Positions 58,398-64,000 of a stretch of 64,000 nucleotides of DNA are shown piece by piece; the first letter of the stretch is position 1; each line of letters opens with the position of its first letter. The notes below the pieces were generated by a model. The model made no database searches. It was not told the DNA's origin and was given only the letters and a program-made list of their open reading frames with translations. This DNA comes from an uncultured Verrucomicrobiae bacterium. Lineage in GTDB: Bacteria; Verrucomicrobiota; Verrucomicrobiia; Limisphaerales; JAFGQR01. The stretch spans positions 8,673 to 72,672 of the forward strand of contig CAWBHS010000002.1 of the NCBI GenBank assembly GCA_963788655.1, written 5' to 3'. The position numbers and the translations under genes are program-made.

Positions 58398-61300
58398 GGC
58401 GACTTTTCTTCGCAGAGCGGAGCTTCATCCCACGGGGCGACCGGCCACGGGGCGGCGCGAAAGGTACTGGGCGGACGGCTCCGGGCCAAGCGGCACCGAT
58501 TCATTGAGTGTAAACGGCACGTTGCTGATGAGCATGAGCGGTGTCCAACATTGGAAATTGGTCGTGCATAGCACCTGATACGCTTGCGACGCCGCGCCAA
58601 ACAGCTCGCCGAAGCCGGATGGGCTGTTGGTGGTTTCAAGCTGCACCAGCAACGGTATGCGGACGCTGACGTGCGCCACCGTGTCGGTGACCGTGTTAAT
58701 CGCGTTGCTGACAACAATCGAGTACGTGCCGGCATCCGCCGCGTGGACATCCAATAAATTCAATGTGTCGGCGTGCTCCAACGGCAACGTCGCTCCTTCC
58801 AGACGCCAATGAAAACTCGGCAGCGGAATCCAGCCGGCAGCTTCGATACCCAGCAGGAGATTATCGCCTTCATCGACGAGGAAATCATTGGTGGGATGGC
58901 TGAGGTCCGGAGCGGAACCGAGCAACCATTCAATGGTGATCACGCCGTTGCTCTCGCCGATGCCGTCCGCCAGCGCCAGGTAGCGGGTGCCCGCCAACGC
59001 CGGGAAGCGGGCGAAGTGCGCCGTCGCCTCGGGCGAATTGGTGGCGCAAGCGACCGGCAACAATTCGATGAGGTTCGTAATGGCAAACACGGCCACTACC
59101 GTCGGGAATGGCGTTTCGTTGGTCAACATCCCGGTGGCGCGCACCAGGCAGATCCCGTTCTCATCGGTTTGGAAGTCCAGCCAGCGCGTCGAATGGGTGA
59201 TGTTGCCACATGGATTGGGTTCGCCCACGTCGGTTACGGAGTCGGCGGAGTTATCGAACGTGTGCGAAACAATCGTGCCCATGCTGACGGAAATGAAGCC
59301 GGCCCCGCCGGCGTCAAACAAGCCAGCGCCGGAAAGTCGCGGAGCATTCTTTTGCGGCGGCGGTGGATCGTTCAGGAACAAGTCCGCAAATTTATCCTGG
59401 GATTGCACGTCGGGAACCGGGCCGATCTCGACAATGGCCGGCGGACTCTCGACCGTTGCTTCGCCGGTGCTCACCAGAACGGAGTAAAAGCCCACCTCGA
59501 ACGGGGTCAGCTTGTCGATGGTCAACGTGCGGCCATCGGCGCCTCGAATGACACTCCCATTGTGCAGCCATTGGTATTGGACTTGGGCGGGGCTCGTGGT
59601 GACAGACAGGATGACGCGCGAGCCTTCGCGCAACGTCTGGCTGACCGGCGGTGCGATGATGACCGGCAAGGCGGCGGCTTTTTCATCGAGGCTCCAATTC
59701 AATAGAATGTCCCCCTCGGCGCCCGCGAAACCGTCCACGGCAATCTGGTAGTCCACGGATCGGGTGGCATTGAACCGGACCAAACTCGTGTGAAAACCGC
59801 CGTCTTCATCGTCACTGGCCACTTCGGTGAGCGTCTCAATTTTTTCGCCGTTATAAACTGCCAGCAGCGTATCCAAGCCGCTGCCTTGCGTGTTAAACGT
59901 GGCGACACCCGTCCCCGGCGCGCGCCAGGTGTACCAAATCGATTTGCCGCCGGATTTGCCGGCGTGATTGGGTTCGCCAGCTTCGCGGGTGGCGCCTTGG
60001 TTGGATCCACTGATGAGGCCGCTGAATCCTTCGAGGCTTACTCGCGCCTTAAAAGCGTCGGCAGAGGATGGGCCTTGAATGGCCAACCTCACTTGGGTCG
60101 GGTCGCTGGTGGTGGCGCCGGCTGGATTGGCGACGACCACTTCATAAACCCCCGCATCGGCCGTCTGCACGGATTGGATTACGTAGGCATTGTCCGTGGC
60201 GCCGGGGATGTCCTGGCCATTCAACCGCCACTGAAAATTGAAGGGTGGCGACCCGCCGCCACTGGCCACCAATCGTAAGGGAGCGCCTGGCTCGACCACG
60301 ACGCTGGTCGGTTTGATGGTAACCTCGGGCAATTCGAGCACCGAGAGCGATACGTCCGGGCTCGATGTGCTGCCGGCGCTATTGATGACTTCCACCGAGT
60401 ACTCGCCCGCATCGAAGGGCTGCACGTCGGTCAGCCGCAATTCCGGCCCGCCATTGGGGACGATCACGTTGCCATTGCGACTCCACCGGTAGTTCATCGG
60501 CAAGCTGCCGAAGGCCCGCACGGTGAACACTGCCTCGCCGCCCATGGCGACGGTCTGATTGCGTGGCGGTTCCAGGATGGTCGGCGGTGCCCGGTTGGGG
60601 GCGCGCGGCGTGGTGCTGGTGCCCGTATAAATGAATTGAGCGCCATCGGGAAACCGTCCCTGCGCCGTGCCGGGTGGCAACTGGGGAATGGTGAGGATGT
60701 CTGCCGGCGTGCCATTGGGCATGTATAATCCAATGAAACCTGAACCGAGCAGGAAATTAACGTGCAAGTCCACTGGATCCGAATCGTTCAGATTGGGATT
60801 GGCGTCCGCCCAGACCCGCAGGAAGCCTTTGGGGGCAATGGTCCGTCCGGAAGGCACCAAAAATTTCTGGGGATTGTTCGGCGTGTCGGTCAGGTAATTG
60901 CCGGAGAGCGTCACGGTCGCGTTGCCCGGATTGAACAGTTCAAACCAACCGTTCCCGGCGCCGGGGATCGCGGATTGCCACTCGTTGATCCGCACCGTTA
61001 ACGGCGTCTCCCGGTTATCGCCAAGTGGAGTTGGGATCAGCATTAACTGGCGCACGCCGGCGGGACCGTCGGGAAACGAACCATACGACAAATCCGGCCC
61101 GAGCAGGCCGAAGTCGTAGTCCACAAAATCCACCACTTCGGGCAGTCCGGCCACCAACCGGGACAGCGCCACCGACCCGCGATCCGGCGGCAGCCGAAAT
61201 CCGGCGTGCAGTTCCGCCGCCGTGGTTTCGTCCGGTTCGCCATCGGCCCACACCAACAGGAACTGCCCCGGCCCAAGCTGCCGGCCGGGCGGAAACCGCC

Positions 61301-61685
61301 ACCGGGCGAGGTTCGCATAGTTGGTGGTCAGGCAAAAGTCGTCGAGGCTGACGGTCGTGGCGGAGCTGTAATTGTAGATTTCGATCCAGGGATCAAAGTC
61401 ACCGGCATCGTCCGGCACCCAACTGGAATTGTTGGGCTGAATCTCGTTGATGAAGAGGGGAGCGGGCGCGGCCGCCAAGTTGGGGATGCCGATGATCAAC
61501 CCCCACCAACAAGTCGCGAAAAACACGCAGCGGCGAAATCGCGGGCGCTGCCCACTTTGATCGGCGCGCGGACATTCTTGTCCGCCTTTGGTTGATGCCG
61601 GGCGGGCGGGCGGACAAGAATGTCCGCGCTCCGCTTGTCGCTGGGGTATTGGCATTGTCGGTTTCACGGCGAAATTCGTGTTCAT
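58394..61685 (-). CDS. Large secreted protein: 2 lamin-tail domains plus multiple Ig-like domains (probable frameshift about 58465; as given it ends at 58425)
   Basis: INE..DWIE.YN..L.D..LTD..FL.VWAD (LTD x2). Repeated YRW.RNG..L..VQ..DAG.Y.V.V.N..G (Ig). GSGLDTLLAVY pre-peptidase-like domain. Confidence 0.85.
61563..61632. repeat. REP doublet (GCGCGGACATTCTTGTCCGC) inside a coding 5' end
   Basis: 61563-61586 / 61609-61632 inverted pair, translated as ERGHSCPP...GGQECPR. Confidence 0.85.
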
Positions 61686-62040
61686 CCTTCAGCCACGGGG
61701 CTTGCTGAAACCGTGGCAGTTTGTCTGCCGTTCGGTCTCATTGCTAATAATGAGCATCTATAAATCCAATTACAACCTATTCTTAAACCGTTCTTGTTGT
61801 TTCGGCAATTTCATCAACCGGCGTAGTTGCCGGTACAAATTACAGAAGCATTGGGTGCCGGCGATTACAGCGAAAGTGGTATTCTCCGAAATCAAAATTC
61901 CACCGCATCCTTTGGTTGGCGCGCATGTCGAGACGCTGGGCCGAGGAGTTGTGCCAACGTGGGGAGGGCGCAGAGCTTGCGACCGTCTCATCAGTGTCCA
62001 TTCGGACCACCTCCCGCAAATCTGCTGTCGGTTTGCCCCT

Positions 62041-63972
62041 TTACCGCTGCTTCCCGGTCGGTGCTTCCGTGCGCACTCGCCGGAGCGCGAAATTGTCGAA
62101 GTCCGCTTTGAAGGGATAGTCCGTCTTGAGCGTCGTGCGAGCGCGCAACCAGACACTGACGGTATCGGTGGCCGGCCGGATGGGGTCGCTTGCGTACTCC
62201 AAAAACTGACCGTGCAAACCGGGCAATACTTTCCAAGTGATGGTCGGGGCCTGCGGATCGGTGTCCTGGCCGGTGGAATCATACCCCACCTGGCATTGGT
62301 GTCGGTCATCGACCGCCCACGAGCAGCGGACCTGCCCGGTGAGTTGATACGTCTGCTGCCGGCTGAGTTGTTCCACACGCTGGACCAGGCCGCCGTCCAC
62401 CGTCTGGTTATTGAAGCCACCGCCGATGATGCGGGCAATGTGGTTGGTTGGTTCCTGGCCATCGGCGAGACAGGCGAACGTTGTGGCCGGATCCACGGTG
62501 AACTTGTGCCAGTTTGCGGGAACCTCTTTGCCGGCGGCTCCCTCAGCCGGTTCCATGTTGCCATTCGCCAGCAAGTTGGTGGAATCTGTTCTCAAGCCGG
62601 CTGTGGCCGCGGAGTGTTCGTATTCGATGATTTGCATGTCGAGATCGAACTCCATCGCTTCGCGACCGAATTTGTAGGCGGTGCCACGCGCGTAATCGTC
62701 CGGGACGAACTTGCGATAGGGATTGAATCCGGGCCGTTCATCGCTGACCTGGCCTTTGCCGTTCACAAAACCATGGAGCGTTTCATAGTTCTCGATACTT
62801 TCGAACTCAACCGCGAACGTCTCGCCGGGTGACAACGGGACTTCCTCCGGGGCGAAGGCGGCACAAAACATTCCCCACGAAGCGTCGCCGGTGTAATTGC
62901 CGTTACCGATCGCGATTTTTTCCAGGCCGACCAACGGTCCCGCCGGCCCGCCGCGCCGTATCCGCACCGCCACCCGCTGCCGGCTCAGCGGTGGTTGGGT
63001 GCCGCCCACTGCGGCGTACAGCACGACCGCCGCGAGACTGTGCCCTTGCGCAATGTAAGTTTGGGACCATTTCGAATTGAAACCGGCAAACGGGCCGAAT
63101 TGTTGGTGGACCTTCTTGTTGTAGGGAATCAACAGCCCGTCGTTGTCGGTGCCAATCGCCATCCAGAGATCATGCTTCTGCCAGCCGGTCGGGCCTGGCC
63201 CCAAACGGTAACAGTCCGCGGTGGTGTCCTCGTCACTGCGCCAGAACGCCTGGAACGTGTTGCCCGGAATTTCGGCGCGCAAATGCACGGCGTAAGTCTC
63301 TCCCGGTTGCAGGGGCACAGTTCCCGAGTCCCAGCCGACGGACCAGACGTAGTTCTTGCCACCCCCGGAGTCCACCTTGAGCACCGTCCCGGTCGGCCCG
63401 ATTTGAGGCCAGGTATTCGGGGTGCCGTCGGCCCGACGATGGAGGGAAACGAGCAGGTTCTGACTTTGCGGTCCAAAACCATCCATGCCGTCGTGGGCCA
63501 GCCGAAATCCGACCTGGGTCAGGCTCGTTCCTTGGGCCACAAATGTTTGATAATAATCGGTGGCCCGTTGGGAATCCCAGGCGCCTTCGTGGAACGAGAA
63601 AAAGTCAAACCGGGGCGATGGACTCAGGTGGTCCACGAAATCTCCCGGGCGGGTGTAAATGTTGTTCAAGACGATGGGGCGGATGAAACGGGCTGGGCCG
63701 GTAAACACCACCGTGTAATTCCCGTCCGGGCCACTCATCCGGTACCAGCCGGCGGGATCGGTTTCGAAGGTGCGAAACGCGCGGGCTTCGTTGCCGGAGC
63801 CGTTCAAACTGGCAACGCACAGCACGGCCGAGTAGGGAAGCGTTTCCGTGGCTCCGGGAAAACGGGGTCCGGTCACGCGGCCCGAAATCGTCGCCTGGCC
63901 GTGGCCGGAGACGGAACAAAGGAAGGACATCAACAGCCCGTGGAGGATTGGTTTGCTGGTCAAGGGATTCAT
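62041..63972 (-). CDS. Secreted hypothetical protein: carboxypeptidase-regulatory-like domain, two repeated domains, CBM-like C-terminus
   Basis: Signal peptide; TISGRVT..TD..G.Y...GNYTV. Internal repeats YQTFVAQGTSL / SQTYIAQGHSL and VPLQPGETYAV / VPLSPGETFAV. NLLANGNME. Confidence 0.7.
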   Translation of the reverse strand: MNPLTSKPILHGLLMSFLCSVSGHGQATISGRVTGPRFPGATETLPYSAVLCVASLNGSGNEARAFRTFETDPAGWYRMSGPDGNYTVVFTGPARFIRPIVLNNIYTRPGDFVDHLSPSPRFDFFSFHEGAWDSQRATDYYQTFVAQGTSLTQVGFRLAHDGMDGFGPQSQNLLVSLHRRADGTPNTWPQIGPTGTVLKVDSGGGKNYVWSVGWDSGTVPLQPGETYAVHLRAEIPGNTFQAFWRSDEDTTADCYRLGPGPTGWQKHDLWMAIGTDNDGLLIPYNKKVHQQFGPFAGFNSKWSQTYIAQGHSLAAVVLYAAVGGTQPPLSRQRVAVRIRRGGPAGPLVGLEKIAIGNGNYTGDASWGMFCAAFAPEEVPLSPGETFAVEFESIENYETLHGFVNGKGQVSDERPGFNPYRKFVPDDYARGTAYKFGREAMEFDLDMQIIEYEHSAATAGLRTDSTNLLANGNMEPAEGAAGKEVPANWHKFTVDPATTFACLADGQEPTNHIARIIGGGFNNQTVDGGLVQRVEQLSRQQTYQLTGQVRCSWAVDDRHQCQVGYDSTGQDTDPQAPTITWKVLPGLHGQFLEYASDPIRPATDTVSVWLRARTTLKTDYPFKADFDNFALRRVRTEAPTGKQR

Positions 63973-64000
63973 TTTTGAAGGATTAAATAGTAACCGTGCG

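Noticed and set aside
61686..61745. Possible riboswitch upstream of the LTD-Ig gene
   Set aside because: Two short hairpins are present, but no c-di-GMP or other riboswitch consensus could be matched by eye.
61588..62832. 414-aa plus-strand ORF
   Set aside because: It starts in a REP and is mostly antisense to the 643-aa secreted protein.

Overview
GC-rich bacterial chromosomal segment, most likely Verrucomicrobiota (Pedosphaera/Limisphaerales-like). This is inferred from prepilin-type [13 protein letters not shown] genes, the alpha2-type GlyRS, LTD/Ig surface proteins and the REP families. It holds about 36 genes. Housekeeping: hemL, ruvX/yqgF, truA, trmL, glyQS, mtnP, two-subunit class I fumarase, UbiD decarboxylase. 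CAZymes: GH36, GH51, DUF2961/GH172, GH2 and a six-hairpin glycosidase. There is also an 8-gene MoxR/vWA operon ending in a degenerate UshA-like tetraheme cytochrome lipoprotein and an exported thioredoxin, and an LTD-Ig surface protein coupled to a FecR-TPR-beta-barrel gene. The mobile content is an interrupted REP-associated tyrosine transposase (RAYT), at least 8 families of REP-like palindromes (some translated in-frame inside signal peptides), a 79-bp IS5-like MITE and heptamer tandem repeats. About a dozen genes carry single-base frameshifts that look like long-read assembly errors rather than pseudogenisation. No tRNA, rRNA or CRISPR array was seen. All domain calls come from motif recognition by eye; no searches were run.
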